From positions 1-42,886 of the IMG/VR virus record IMGVR_UViG_3300045988_122335: DNA of 42,886 bases; one strand, written 5' to 3'. The notes under the pieces are model-generated. The model ran no database searches. It had not been told where the DNA came from and saw nothing but the letters and a program-made list of their open reading frames with translations. A program made the position numbers and the translations under genes. Shown in pieces: positions 7,034 to 17,213 of the stretch. Each line of letters begins with the position of its first letter. The stretch's first letter is position 1. Source of the stretch: a virus.

Positions 7034-7252
7034 TTATATCACTCTCCCGATAAAATTGACTATCTCGGCAGCTAATATAGTTGTAGCAAGCCCAGTGATA
7101 AGCTTAACTATATTGAATAAGGTTTTAATGCGTTCATTTATCTTTGCATTATCCAATTCATCAAGACGGACACGCTCTGCCAAATCATTATAATCTTTAG
7201 CGATACTGGCTCTGCGTGATTCGCACTCTTTTTGTGTAACAAAATCTGCCAT
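7034..7252 (-). CDS. XhlA-like small membrane protein (N-terminal coiled coil, C-terminal TM)
   Basis: 72 aa. The architecture resembles PBSX XhlA. It is adjacent to the holin. Confidence 0.45.
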   Translation of the reverse strand: MADFVTQKECESRRASIAKDYNDLAERVRLDELDNAKINERIKTLFNIVKLITGLATTILAAEIVNFIGRVI

Positions 7253-7461
7253 TATTCATCACCCTTAACTTCGGGCAATCCAGCAAAGCTATTAAGGATT
7301 GAAAGAAGTCCCGCAAGGATTGAAGCTGATACAACCACTTTCCAATCAACCGAGGAAATAACCGCCGATGTGCCTATAGTGGCAACAGCCGTCTGGCATA
7401 CGGTTTTCAAGGCTCTCACACCCGCCGCTTTGAACCACTGCTTTGTAAATATCTTTTTCAT
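7252..7461 (-). CDS. Holin (LL-H / phi-LC3-like small holin)
   Basis: 69 aa. Contains the W..AGVRALKTVCQTAVATIG...W motif, two hydrophobic segments and a charged C-terminus. It lies directly downstream of the endolysin. Confidence 0.65.
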   Translation of the reverse strand: MKKIFTKQWFKAAGVRALKTVCQTAVATIGTSAVISSVDWKVVVSASILAGLLSILNSFAGLPEVKGDE

Positions 7462-7465
7462 AATA

Positions 7466-8392
7466 TTACCTCACTTCAATTTGTATGCCGTCAATCTCTT
7501 GCCCGAGTATTCCAGCATATCCATTATTGCTGTCTTTGGTGTTATAGCCTGTTACCCAAGGCAACCAAGCATTTCTGCGGCGCAAATGCGCTCTGTATCT
7601 GATTGTTTTGCCTGTATCGGTTTTCATCATAAGACCGTCAATTGGCTTATTGTAAAGACCTGCATAATCGGAACGATTAACCACTTCAGGCAACCATTTA
7701 CCGCCTTTATAATGCACGGCATAGGTTATATTGCCCTTTGAAAGATTGGCGAATACACAACATACATCGTGACCGAACAACCCGGCATAATCTTCCGTAT
7801 TCTTGACATTCGGCAACCAAACGTTTTTAACATCATCCCATATTTGATAGATTACATCTATCTTTGTGGGTTGAGGTGCAGGAGTAGGCTTAACAGGTTG
7901 CACAGGTTCACCCATTTTCGACTTAATGAGATTAAGGAAATTATCCCAACCGTATTCATCGAGTATTCTATGTGGGCAATGCTTGTGATTGCCGTAGTCC
8001 TGATGTTTGGTGACCCTATCAATACCCCAACCGTAGTCCTTTAAAAGCTTTGCGGTAAGTTCTGCGGCATTATCAAGCGCCTTTAACCAACGCTCACCGC
8101 CCGATTTTGAATAGCATATCTCAATGGCTATTCCCTCACGGTTTCCCTTGCCGTTGCCATCACTTGCGTGCCAAGCATTGCGATTAAGGTCTATACCTTG
8201 AACAGCCTCTTTATCATCAACCGCAAAATGGAAAGAAGTCTCCATATTATTACGGTGCATATAGGCTATTTCATTTTCGGCGCTTGCGTCATTCGCCGTG
8301 TTGTGCATGACTATCAGTGTCGGTGTCATAGCATAAGGGCATTTAATACTAATTTTATCCACAGGGCAATCAATTTTTCTAATTGTTACCAT
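7466..8392 (-). CDS. Endolysin: N-acetylmuramoyl-L-alanine amidase (Amidase_2/PGRP fold) plus repeated C-terminal wall-binding modules
   Basis: Catalytic motifs IVMHNTAN, FHFAVDD, AWHA, GIAIEICY and HQDY..HKHCPHR. The C-terminus carries three WLPxV..DYAG(L/I).G repeats. Confidence 0.85.
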   Translation of the reverse strand: MVTIRKIDCPVDKISIKCPYAMTPTLIVMHNTANDASAENEIAYMHRNNMETSFHFAVDDKEAVQGIDLNRNAWHASDGNGKGNREGIAIEICYSKSGGERWLKALDNAAELTAKLLKDYGWGIDRVTKHQDYGNHKHCPHRILDEYGWDNFLNLIKSKMGEPVQPVKPTPAPQPTKIDVIYQIWDDVKNVWLPNVKNTEDYAGLFGHDVCCVFANLSKGNITYAVHYKGGKWLPEVVNRSDYAGLYNKPIDGLMMKTDTGKTIRYRAHLRRRNAWLPWVTGYNTKDSNNGYAGILGQEIDGIQIEVR

Positions 8393-8422
8393 TTTTTCAA
8401 CTCCTTTTATAATTCTATTTTA

Positions 8423-8450
8423 ATTATATCATTTATTTTTAATAAATCAA
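8423..8450 (-). promoter_or_regulatory. Candidate promoter in front of the lysis cassette
   Basis: The minus strand reads TTGATT-16 nt-TATAAT. It lies between the fibre gene stop and the endolysin RBS. Confidence 0.4.
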
Positions 8451-8459
8451 GTTATTTTT

Positions 8460-9836
8460 TTAATTGCCGTCATATGTTCCTAAAATACCAAGAATTTTGA
8501 CACCTTTTTTAATATTTTCAGGCTTTATATTACTATCTATTGTACTATCTACACTTGGTTGATACACTTTTGTTATACCATTTTTATCAGTAGAGGGCAA
8601 TATCTCTTTATAGAACCCTCCCGTTACTTGTTCAAATAATACTCCTGCATTATCTGTTAAGAGCGTTGTGACGGGATATAGATTTGTTATACCCGTAACC
8701 TCGCCTGTTGCTGTCGGGGTATATATTTGCCCTTGATAAGGTTCATAAGCAGTTGCTGTTGAGCCAAGCTCTAACTTTACATTTTCAAATGTCATAGTTA
8801 CACCAATAGGTGCATTGTATGAAGCATAAAAATTCAATGAATATGTTTTACTTTCTGTTACCGTAAAGCTATTGTCGATAATACCTTTATAAGCGTTATT
8901 TATAATAAATTTATTATTTTCATTATCATATACAGCCCAACCACCTTTATAACTTGTATCTGAACAGGCTACAGTACCACTACAATAATAAGTACCTGCT
9001 GGTAAATAAATATAGCTTCCCACGTTCATTGTTTTTGATGTTGCAGCAGTTTTAAAAGTAAACCCATTAGTTGTTTGAGTTAATTCTACTACACTTGTGC
9101 CAGCTGTTAAAGTAGATTTATTAAATAAATTCTTACCGCACCTTGTTACAGTAACAGTTGAGAAATCTGAAATGTAAGGAGTGTATGCAGTAGCGGTTGA
9201 GCCGAGTTCCAACTGGGGCTTTAAAGTGCCGCTTACAGTTCGGTTTGCCGGAATAACAAGATAACAATTTGTATTGTTTATGTTTTTTGTCGGAGTAAAT
9301 GTTGTGGAAGTGTCTGTTAATAACGGTATATAAGCAGACTGCCCTTGCGCTGAGTCGTAAATAAAGATTGTAGCGCTGCCTCCGAAAGAATAATTTCCGC
9401 TTGCAGATAAAGTATAAGTTACCCCTTGTTTTAAGTTCATAGCTTTGTAAACAAAATAAAATGTTGCTTGACCGGTCGAAGTTCCGCTAAAACTTATACT
9501 ACCATCTGCATTAACCGTAAAAGTAATTCCATTGAGTGTTTTTGTTGTATCAAAGTAGGGGTACGGTATTAAATTTTTACTACCCAATTTAGCATTTAAT
9601 GTTTTAGGTGTATTATCAGGATATTTCAACCGCACACCAATTTTATGCTCACTAAGAACATTAGTAAAATTTTCTAATATTCTTTCTTCGCCTTTGAGAT
9701 TTTCTATTTGTGCGGCTTTATCAACAAGGTCTTTATATTTTTCAGTAGCCGTTGCTGTGATACCTTTTGCGGTAATTATTTCAGCTAATCTTTTCTGTTG
9801 ATTTTTGGCGTCTTGTAAATAACCTGCTGTTGACAT
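8460..9836 (-). CDS. Tail fibre / receptor-binding protein with two lectin-like modules
   Basis: 458 aa. Two modules each end in the signature LELGSTATAY(T/E)PY. The start overlaps the upstream stop (TAATG). Confidence 0.7.
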   Translation of the reverse strand: MSTAGYLQDAKNQQKRLAEIITAKGITATATEKYKDLVDKAAQIENLKGEERILENFTNVLSEHKIGVRLKYPDNTPKTLNAKLGSKNLIPYPYFDTTKTLNGITFTVNADGSISFSGTSTGQATFYFVYKAMNLKQGVTYTLSASGNYSFGGSATIFIYDSAQGQSAYIPLLTDTSTTFTPTKNINNTNCYLVIPANRTVSGTLKPQLELGSTATAYTPYISDFSTVTVTRCGKNLFNKSTLTAGTSVVELTQTTNGFTFKTAATSKTMNVGSYIYLPAGTYYCSGTVACSDTSYKGGWAVYDNENNKFIINNAYKGIIDNSFTVTESKTYSLNFYASYNAPIGVTMTFENVKLELGSTATAYEPYQGQIYTPTATGEVTGITNLYPVTTLLTDNAGVLFEQVTGGFYKEILPSTDKNGITKVYQPSVDSTIDSNIKPENIKKGVKILGILGTYDGN

Positions 9837-12322
9837 TATGCAATTACCTCCTCATCTGTCGGTTCTTCATCACTTTGTGTTGATACATCATTGAACATTG
9901 TGGCAAGAATAGAGTTTATATTACCTATTGCATCATCTACATATTTTTTATTAACAACGGCTGTATTATTTGTTCCAACATTGTCAACTGACATATTCTT
10001 AGCTGACAAACTTCCATCAATATTAACATACTTATTAGAAGATTGCGTTGAGCCTTTAATAAGGTTGCCAATATTTAACTGATAATCTCCAGTTTCTTCT
10101 CCGTCTACACCGTTGCCAATTAAGATACAATTTTTATTAGCTTTTAAATTATTACCGGTATAATAACCTATTATAGTATTCTTAGTTGCATCATCTTGAA
10201 GATTTTTACCAGAATTAGCACCCATAACAACTTGGGAATTACCTCTTCTACCCGAGTCAGTACCAATTATAACATTGTTAGAACCGGTAATTCTATAACC
10301 AGCATTTCTACCAATAGCAATATTATCAAGAGAATTTGAGCCATAGGTTAAACTATTAAAACCAATAGCAATATTGTAATTACCTTTATTTTCAGTATTA
10401 TTACCTGCTATAGCGTTGTGACCAATGGCAATATTTTCGTTACCACCGTCAATATGGTATAATGAAGAACCACCTATACTAATATTACTATTACCAGACT
10501 TACTGTTTAATTGACTATCTGCACCGATAGCAATATTATAATTACCAGTTCTATTTTCTCTTAAACTATGCGTTCCTATTGCTATATTACGTTGACCTGT
10601 CTCAATATGTCTACCAGCTAATGCACCAATACCAATGTTTCTTGAACCCGCATTAACAAACTGTAAGGCTTCAAAACCTATACCAGTATTCCAAAAACCA
10701 GAAGTATTATTAGCTAAGGCATTATATCCAAAGCCAACGTTTCCATTACCTGTAGTATTGTAAGAACCACTGCCAACACCTATAAAAGCATTAGATTTAT
10801 TAACTGTATCAGCTCTTACTTCAAATGATGTTGAACCATTGCTATCAGTGATTTTATATTTACCTACATAAGTACCAGTTATTTTGTGTAATTTAATATT
10901 AGAAATAGTCCCAGTAAATGTAGAACTTGGTATAAATTCAAGATAGATTGTACCGTCTGTGCTACCTTTTGATTTAACACCAATATTTAATGGTTCTTCC
11001 TGACCGTATAAATTGAATAAATCAGAATTGCCTATACGAACCATTATATTATCAACGGTTGGAGCTATACTACAATTAAAGGTTATATCATACAAAGTTC
11101 CTTCAGCTGTATAGTCGCTCCCTGTTATGGGGTATTTCAAAATACTTGTATTACCTGAAGTATGTGTAAATCCTGTTGTAGCATTGCCAGTCCAACCATC
11201 TGTTACCCAAGTACCTGTTTGTGCTGTGATTATTTCTGTACTATCTATTTGAGCGTGTTCTTCAGCTTCAGTAGTTGTTATATTTCCAACAGTGTCATTT
11301 ACATATTTCTTTGTAGCATAATCACTTAAATCAACCATACCTGCTAATACATCATACTTATACTCAGTACTTGTTGTATTAACTATAACTACATTCGTTC
11401 CTGCCGGATAGGTCTTGCCAACGCCCTCGACAAAGTTTGAATTTGTGGTAAACTCACTTTCGATATTGTAGACAAAGCCCTCGGTTTCTTTACTCGGTGT
11501 AGGCAAGTCAGCTATTGTTGGTATAGAACCTTTAGCCTTGTAAACTGATGATACTTGTGTAGCTATTGCATTTTCAACAAAGCCCTTATTTACAGCATAA
11601 TCTTTTTGTGATGAAGATGTCGGGTTTTTGATATTGGTAAAAAATATGCCGTCATTTTGAATTATTATTTTCCCAACAGTATTACCGTTAACATCTTTAA
11701 GGTCAAGTTCTCTATCGCTTGCACCGTCAACAATGTCAGCAAAATAATCTTGCTTCTCAAGTAAGGAATTTTCAACATCTTTACTGTTCGCTTTTTCTGA
11801 CAACGCTTTTGTAACGATTTTATTCTGTACTGCGTTTTCAGAAGTTGTGGACAATCCATCGTCAATAGTTATTTCGGGTACATTGGCAGATATAACATTA
11901 TTGCCGTCAATGGTAATGTTATCGCCCGCTGTAAGTTTGTCTTGCTTTGATTGTTTCAACTGTTCAATTTCGCTTGGCGTATAAGGTTTTGGCTCTGTTC
12001 CGATTGTATCAGTGCCATACTTAACCTTTATATCCTCGCTCCAAAGTGTTGGCAGGACGGTATCAGTTTTAGTGCCGAATATACCAATTCGGAATGAGCC
12101 ACTTTCAGCCATAACCTCATACGGTATAGTAACAGTATTAGATAGTTTATCTAATATAATATTTATGGGCTGACCGTGACAGCGTTTGAAAACGGCAGTA
12201 ACGGCATAGTCTGTCCAAAAATCGTCAAGACCAATTTGACAAGTTTTGCCTACCGTCCCTCTTACAAATTCCTCGGCAGTAACAATGTCTATATTTTTTT
12301 CGTGTACTTGTAATGTCAACAT
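9836..12322 (-). CDS. Large tail fibre / baseplate upper protein with beta-helical NIAIG repeat region
   Basis: 828 aa. Position is right for a fibre. It has more than 10 repeats of N(I/N)(A/S/G)IG.x(A/S) resembling YadA-head or fibre repeats. The N-terminus has a ...LWSEDIKVKYG pattern. Confidence 0.7.
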   Translation of the reverse strand: MLTLQVHEKNIDIVTAEEFVRGTVGKTCQIGLDDFWTDYAVTAVFKRCHGQPINIILDKLSNTVTIPYEVMAESGSFRIGIFGTKTDTVLPTLWSEDIKVKYGTDTIGTEPKPYTPSEIEQLKQSKQDKLTAGDNITIDGNNVISANVPEITIDDGLSTTSENAVQNKIVTKALSEKANSKDVENSLLEKQDYFADIVDGASDRELDLKDVNGNTVGKIIIQNDGIFFTNIKNPTSSSQKDYAVNKGFVENAIATQVSSVYKAKGSIPTIADLPTPSKETEGFVYNIESEFTTNSNFVEGVGKTYPAGTNVVIVNTTSTEYKYDVLAGMVDLSDYATKKYVNDTVGNITTTEAEEHAQIDSTEIITAQTGTWVTDGWTGNATTGFTHTSGNTSILKYPITGSDYTAEGTLYDITFNCSIAPTVDNIMVRIGNSDLFNLYGQEEPLNIGVKSKGSTDGTIYLEFIPSSTFTGTISNIKLHKITGTYVGKYKITDSNGSTSFEVRADTVNKSNAFIGVGSGSYNTTGNGNVGFGYNALANNTSGFWNTGIGFEALQFVNAGSRNIGIGALAGRHIETGQRNIAIGTHSLRENRTGNYNIAIGADSQLNSKSGNSNISIGGSSLYHIDGGNENIAIGHNAIAGNNTENKGNYNIAIGFNSLTYGSNSLDNIAIGRNAGYRITGSNNVIIGTDSGRRGNSQVVMGANSGKNLQDDATKNTIIGYYTGNNLKANKNCILIGNGVDGEETGDYQLNIGNLIKGSTQSSNKYVNIDGSLSAKNMSVDNVGTNNTAVVNKKYVDDAIGNINSILATMFNDVSTQSDEEPTDEEVIA

Positions 12323-12336
12323 TTATATCACCTACT

Positions 12337-12930
12337 TTAAGCCGTTCTGCGCCATATATAAGCACCATAATATGGCGGCATATTATTGTGGGCTTGACCG
12401 TTGCCCGTACTACTGGTGTTTAAAGCCGGGGACACCATTGCAGCAGACGCCATTTCTTTACGCGCCGGGTCTGCACCGACATTCCCTATTTTCGTGTTCC
12501 AAACCATGACCGCGCGGTTTTCCGTGTGCGCGTGTGCAGGTATTTCGTCAACCGTCAGCATGTGAGCCTTCTCTCCGCCTGTGCAGCCTGCTGCTTCGCC
12601 GTCTTCAATGCCCCATATAAACGCACCCTTTATGCGCTCCCATGTGCCGCCGAATAAGTCCGCTGGTGACGTTGTTGCTGTGCTTAAATATATGCTACCG
12701 ATAGGATGAGCCATTAGCAACAATTGCGTTATGGATATAGAGCCTAACTGTATGCCACTTTCTAAAGTTTGAATTGCTTCGGCATTTGCGGCAATGGCTA
12801 ATTCGTTTGCATTGCCCTGACCGCTACAATCCTCTATCCCTTTTTCCATACGGTTAAGCTGTGTGGCAGTTATCGGTGTTGCCGTACTTGGCGCGTCCTG
12901 CCAGTTTGTTTTAGTATAACTTGTTGCCAT
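12337..12930 (-). CDS. Tail-collar-domain fibre / baseplate protein
   Basis: Motifs HPIGSIYLS...PADLFGGTWERIKG and GGEKAHMLTVDEIPAHAH are typical of the phage tail-collar domain. I prefer the ATG at 12930 (RBS AAGGAG 8 nt upstream) over the track start at 12939. Confidence 0.65.
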   Translation of the reverse strand: MATSYTKTNWQDAPSTATPITATQLNRMEKGIEDCSGQGNANELAIAANAEAIQTLESGIQLGSISITQLLLMAHPIGSIYLSTATTSPADLFGGTWERIKGAFIWGIEDGEAAGCTGGEKAHMLTVDEIPAHAHTENRAVMVWNTKIGNVGADPARKEMASAAMVSPALNTSSTGNGQAHNNMPPYYGAYIWRRTA

Positions 12931-12942
12931 TATATACACTCC

Positions 12943-14256
12943 TTAATTAGATGTTATTTCACTGCTAACCGTTGCTCTTAGGGCATTTATGCCCGAAACG
13001 GAGCAGTTTAAAATCGGAATAATTATTGTTCTGCCGTCCGTGGTTGTTACCTGAATATTATCGCCCGGTTCAAGAAATGGTGCATAAGTATAATCTAAAT
13101 TAGCCACAACATATTTAGAATTTAATAAATATGCGCAAAGATTATTCCTAACATATTTTCTATATTCTATCCACGTTGAAGACCAGTAAATATCCGAAAA
13201 CGCATTATCGCACATTGTTGAGTCAAAATTATATGCGGGAACTGCGTCATATGCGCCCATTGGGTTTGCCCACAATGTATCAACTTTTGCAAAATTGCCT
13301 GACGGTGTAGTATACCATATATTAACTTTATAACAGGCATAAGCGGTATTCTCTAAATCATCATAGTTTATATTTATAAAATATGGTAATTCATAAATAG
13401 GGTTTACTGGCGTTACTTTAAGCAATGGATATAAAGTATTTGACGGATATAATGTTGAAGACGGGTAAACCATATCTATAACATTGTCTATTCTTACAAA
13501 TTCTATTTCATCAGTCAAATACGGTTGTGGCGTGTTTATAAAGGTCTGTTCGTCCGTAAATTTGTGTTTGGCAATTTTTATATGTGCGCCTATAATGTTC
13601 CCTACATATTTTAAAAAATCAGAAATTAAAATTTCGGTTACGGCGTTGGGGTCGGAAGTGTTGGGTTGACCGTTTGTAGTATTACCACTCTTTTTAAATT
13701 TGGCAAGTCCTAAAACGGGGAATTTAGCTTTTGCTTTTTCAATATCACAAAAGAATACGCCCGATGTTACCACCATTTGTAAAAAATCGGACAAAACTAT
13801 TTCTTCGCCTGTAGTATATTGATTATAAATATAGGCATAATTGGCATTAAGCCTTTGCGATAATATGCTTGATATTGTGGCTGATATTGTACGCCTATTG
13901 TCGGTAAATTTTTCTTTTTCAACAAAGCCTTGCATATATACAACATATTCAGTGCCAATTTTCTGATAAACAACGCAATATTTACCTAAATAGCGTTCGC
14001 CCTCATAAGCCCATTGTATTGTCATTTGAGGTAACACAAAAGTGCCAAACTCAAAAGTGTTACTGTCTACAATTCCCTCGTTAAATTGCATACTTTCACT
14101 TATTATCTGTTCGCCTGTTATTCGCTTCACAATCTTATGATAAGTATCGCCCTCAATATCGGGGTTGTCTACTAAATCATAAATCGCAACCGTTAAAGGC
14201 TTTTCCACGCTATCCTGAAAGCATAATGCCTTATTTTCGGCAGATAAATCTACCAT
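12943..14256 (-). CDS. Tail-associated / baseplate hub (Tal-like) protein
   Basis: 437 aa. Called by its position downstream of the tape measure and the Dit-like gene. Confidence 0.5.
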   Translation of the reverse strand: MVDLSAENKALCFQDSVEKPLTVAIYDLVDNPDIEGDTYHKIVKRITGEQIISESMQFNEGIVDSNTFEFGTFVLPQMTIQWAYEGERYLGKYCVVYQKIGTEYVVYMQGFVEKEKFTDNRRTISATISSILSQRLNANYAYIYNQYTTGEEIVLSDFLQMVVTSGVFFCDIEKAKAKFPVLGLAKFKKSGNTTNGQPNTSDPNAVTEILISDFLKYVGNIIGAHIKIAKHKFTDEQTFINTPQPYLTDEIEFVRIDNVIDMVYPSSTLYPSNTLYPLLKVTPVNPIYELPYFININYDDLENTAYACYKVNIWYTTPSGNFAKVDTLWANPMGAYDAVPAYNFDSTMCDNAFSDIYWSSTWIEYRKYVRNNLCAYLLNSKYVVANLDYTYAPFLEPGDNIQVTTTDGRTIIIPILNCSVSGINALRATVSSEITSN

Positions 14257-14268
14257 AAAAACGCCCCC

Positions 14269-14688
14269 TTAATATTCGATAAATGCAAGCCGTACCTTAT
14301 CCATAAGCACCTCACCATTGCGAATAAGCAAGGGTGTAAATGTTATATCGGGCATATAAAACCCCCCTTGTTCATATGTGTGTGTATCAAAGCAATAATG
14401 AATAATTTTCAGCTTTCGTTCCTTTGCGTTTATAATACCACTATTTAAGATATTTTGCAAGGACAATAGTTCCCTTTCAAATAAGGGTGGTGTATTCCAT
14501 TCCAGTTTTGACCTTGTGTGGTCTAAAGTGTTGCGGTGTAGTTTGCCCAAATTGTCTTGATAACTGTCAAGGTCTTGCCGTTGGTTCGGAGTGGAAACAT
14601 AGCTTGTTAAAGATATATACTTATTCGGTATAGGTACAGCCGTGTTATCACTCGCCCTTATTACTTTTACAAAATATGTGTCAAACAT
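14269..14688 (-). CDS. Distal tail protein-like small tail component
   Basis: 139 aa, immediately downstream of the tape measure. Confidence 0.45.
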   Translation of the reverse strand: MFDTYFVKVIRASDNTAVPIPNKYISLTSYVSTPNQRQDLDSYQDNLGKLHRNTLDHTRSKLEWNTPPLFERELLSLQNILNSGIINAKERKLKIIHYCFDTHTYEQGGFYMPDITFTPLLIRNGEVLMDKVRLAFIEY

Positions 14689-14705
14689 ATGCTTCCACTC
14701 CTAAA

Positions 14706-17177
14706 TTAAAATGCACTTGCGCCAGTGCGCCGTTTAAAATTATTGTTTTGGTTTCTAACAGCCGTGAATACCTCTCTGCCGTCAATCTGTACCGTGATAG
14801 GCTGACTGCCACCACTTGTTTTGCCCATAGCGTCCACAACGGCATTATATACGCCAAGGGAAACAGCTTGAACAATTTGGTCATTATTGGCTACCGCTGC
14901 TCTGCCACCGATAGAGCCTACCATTTCAGGTCCGGCTTCTCTTGCTATAAACATTTGACCCGAACTGACAAAGCCACCGTCAGCTTTTTTTGTAAAACCC
15001 GAGCCACGTTTTTTCCATAAATTCTTTACAACATCTGAAAAAGTTTTGTCCGATTTCAAACTGCCCCAATCGCCCGAAAAGAATTTTTTAAATATTTGTC
15101 CCAATTCGGAAAATGCTTTTTTCGTATCATTTACAAACGCCGTCATAGCATTATCGACTTCTGTTGTATCAAAGCCCATAAACTTTAAAGTCAATCCTGC
15201 AATCCCAGTTGAAATATTTATCCAAGTTATAGGACTTAATAATTTACCTATAAGCGTTACAAGTGATTTGCCCAATTTTTCCCATTCGGCAGGATTATTA
15301 AACAGGTCATAAATTGCATTAGTGACTTTTTTAAGATTTTCGGGGTCACTGATTTGGTCTGCAATCGAACCAAAAAAATCAAAAACTCCTGACGCAAAAT
15401 TTAAAATCAACTTGCCCAAACTATTCCAATCTATATTTTCAATTAGATTAAATAATTCTGTCGCCAATGTATTTCCGAACTCTGCAAAATCAAAATTAGA
15501 AATAAACCCGAGTCCGAATTGAATAACATTACTGATTTTTTTGCCAAGATTTTTGCCTATGTGATTTTGATTGACTTTATCAACAATACCGTTAATCTTA
15601 CGAGCCAATAAAGAACCCGCCATATTCCAATTGCCATATTGTATACTGGAAATGATTGCTCCTAATATTCCGCCTTTTGTTTGAACATTAGCGATTTCAA
15701 ACATTTTAGAATAATCGTCACCAGCAGTAGCCGAGCCGCCCATATTGCTTGTAATATTATTGATTTCATCAAAACTCGCCAGTGCATTACGGTTAGCCTT
15801 TGCGGTTTCGTTTGCGGCTTTGGCATATTCTTTTTGATATTTGATAGCCTTTTTAAAAGTTTTCTGCCCTGTAAGTGCGGCAAATATTTCAGCTAAACGG
15901 TTAGCCATATCAGCCAATCTATCAACAGCTTGCTCAATGGCTGGTGTAAAGTAATTGATTATCGGTGCTGTTGCCGCTCCTATGGCATTTTTAAGATACA
16001 GAAAACTTGTAGATAGCCTATCCAAACTATTGGCAAATCTGCCGTCAATGGCTTTGCTATACTGATATAAATTAGCCGTTCCCTCTTGTATACTCTTTGT
16101 AATGGTTTGGAATACAGATGATAACACACGGTATATCAAGAAAAATTGAATACTATCCGAAATTCTCCGCAATAGTTTATGAACGCCTGTAAGGGATTTA
16201 TGTGCCTTATTGGAACGCTTAGAAATATCACTTAATGATTTTTTACCGTTTTTGCCGATTTTATCAAAATTCGCGGAAAGTTTGGCAGTAGACTTTACCA
16301 GTGGAGCTACCGCTGTCTCGGATTTTTGTGCGCCAGTTGCGAAATCCATAAGATTAACCGTATTGCTTTTAGCTTTTGTACGCTCTAACTCACGATTCAA
16401 TTGCTCAATTCGTTTTAAAAGATTTTGAACGGTTGGATTTTCGTAACCCTCACCAGCACCTGCTAATTCTCGCAGCTCTGCGTTCGCATTTTCCAATTCT
16501 GCCGATAGATAATCAATTTTAGCAGCGCCCGAAGTTAAATAATCAATATTAACGGCTGCCTTTTTAGTTTCCTCTTGCGTTTTTTCTAATTGTGCGACAA
16601 CTTTTCGCATATGTTCAGAAATAGGAGCAAAATTTTGCTCGGCAGTTTCAATCCAAGAAAGGTCAGGCAATGGCACAGCAGTAAGTGCCTTAATTTTCTC
16701 TTGCGTTTTTGCAAAGGTAGCCGCCAAAGAATTAAATGTAGTTGTGCCCTCTTTGCCTTGTTTTGCAAGTTCAACCATTTTAGCCCTTGCGCTTTCGAGT
16801 TTGAGCTCGTATCTACCTAATTCAGTAGCCGACTTTTCAATAGTTCGCTCTACTATTGAATTGGCTTCAGCTTGTGAATGAGTGGACTTAGCCAATTCTT
16901 TATTTATTCTATCGACAGATTGTAATTGTTTTAGAGCATTTTTAGCCACATCAATGTTTTCAAGAGATTTGCCCTCGGATTTTAGTTTTTCACCCGCATT
17001 GACAACCTCTTGAAAAAGCCTCTCTAAAACTTCTATTTTTGAAAAGTTCCAACCTTTTTCAACAGTCTCTTGGAATTTTTCAAGCTTTTTATCGACTTCA
17101 TCAATCTTTTCACTTGAATTTTTTGTATCGACTTCTATGTCAATGCCAATTCTATCAACATCATATTCATTTGCCAT
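14706..17177 (-). CDS. Tape measure protein
   Basis: 823 aa. Long coiled-coil N-terminal half and Gly/hydrophobic central region. It sits in the canonical position after the chaperone pair. RBS is AAGGTGGTGA. Confidence 0.85.
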   Translation of the reverse strand: MANEYDVDRIGIDIEVDTKNSSEKIDEVDKKLEKFQETVEKGWNFSKIEVLERLFQEVVNAGEKLKSEGKSLENIDVAKNALKQLQSVDRINKELAKSTHSQAEANSIVERTIEKSATELGRYELKLESARAKMVELAKQGKEGTTTFNSLAATFAKTQEKIKALTAVPLPDLSWIETAEQNFAPISEHMRKVVAQLEKTQEETKKAAVNIDYLTSGAAKIDYLSAELENANAELRELAGAGEGYENPTVQNLLKRIEQLNRELERTKAKSNTVNLMDFATGAQKSETAVAPLVKSTAKLSANFDKIGKNGKKSLSDISKRSNKAHKSLTGVHKLLRRISDSIQFFLIYRVLSSVFQTITKSIQEGTANLYQYSKAIDGRFANSLDRLSTSFLYLKNAIGAATAPIINYFTPAIEQAVDRLADMANRLAEIFAALTGQKTFKKAIKYQKEYAKAANETAKANRNALASFDEINNITSNMGGSATAGDDYSKMFEIANVQTKGGILGAIISSIQYGNWNMAGSLLARKINGIVDKVNQNHIGKNLGKKISNVIQFGLGFISNFDFAEFGNTLATELFNLIENIDWNSLGKLILNFASGVFDFFGSIADQISDPENLKKVTNAIYDLFNNPAEWEKLGKSLVTLIGKLLSPITWINISTGIAGLTLKFMGFDTTEVDNAMTAFVNDTKKAFSELGQIFKKFFSGDWGSLKSDKTFSDVVKNLWKKRGSGFTKKADGGFVSSGQMFIAREAGPEMVGSIGGRAAVANNDQIVQAVSLGVYNAVVDAMGKTSGGSQPITVQIDGREVFTAVRNQNNNFKRRTGASAF

Positions 17178-17213
17178 ATAATCACCACCTTAATGGTTAT
17201 TATTTAATATATA

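Noticed and set aside
8460-12939. Diversity-generating retroelement or an invertase-controlled (Gin/Cin-like) fibre switch in the tail-fibre region
   Set aside because: There is no reverse transcriptase and no template/variable repeat pair. I found no inverted repeats or alternative fibre C-termini around the fibre genes. The serine recombinase lies 18 kb away.
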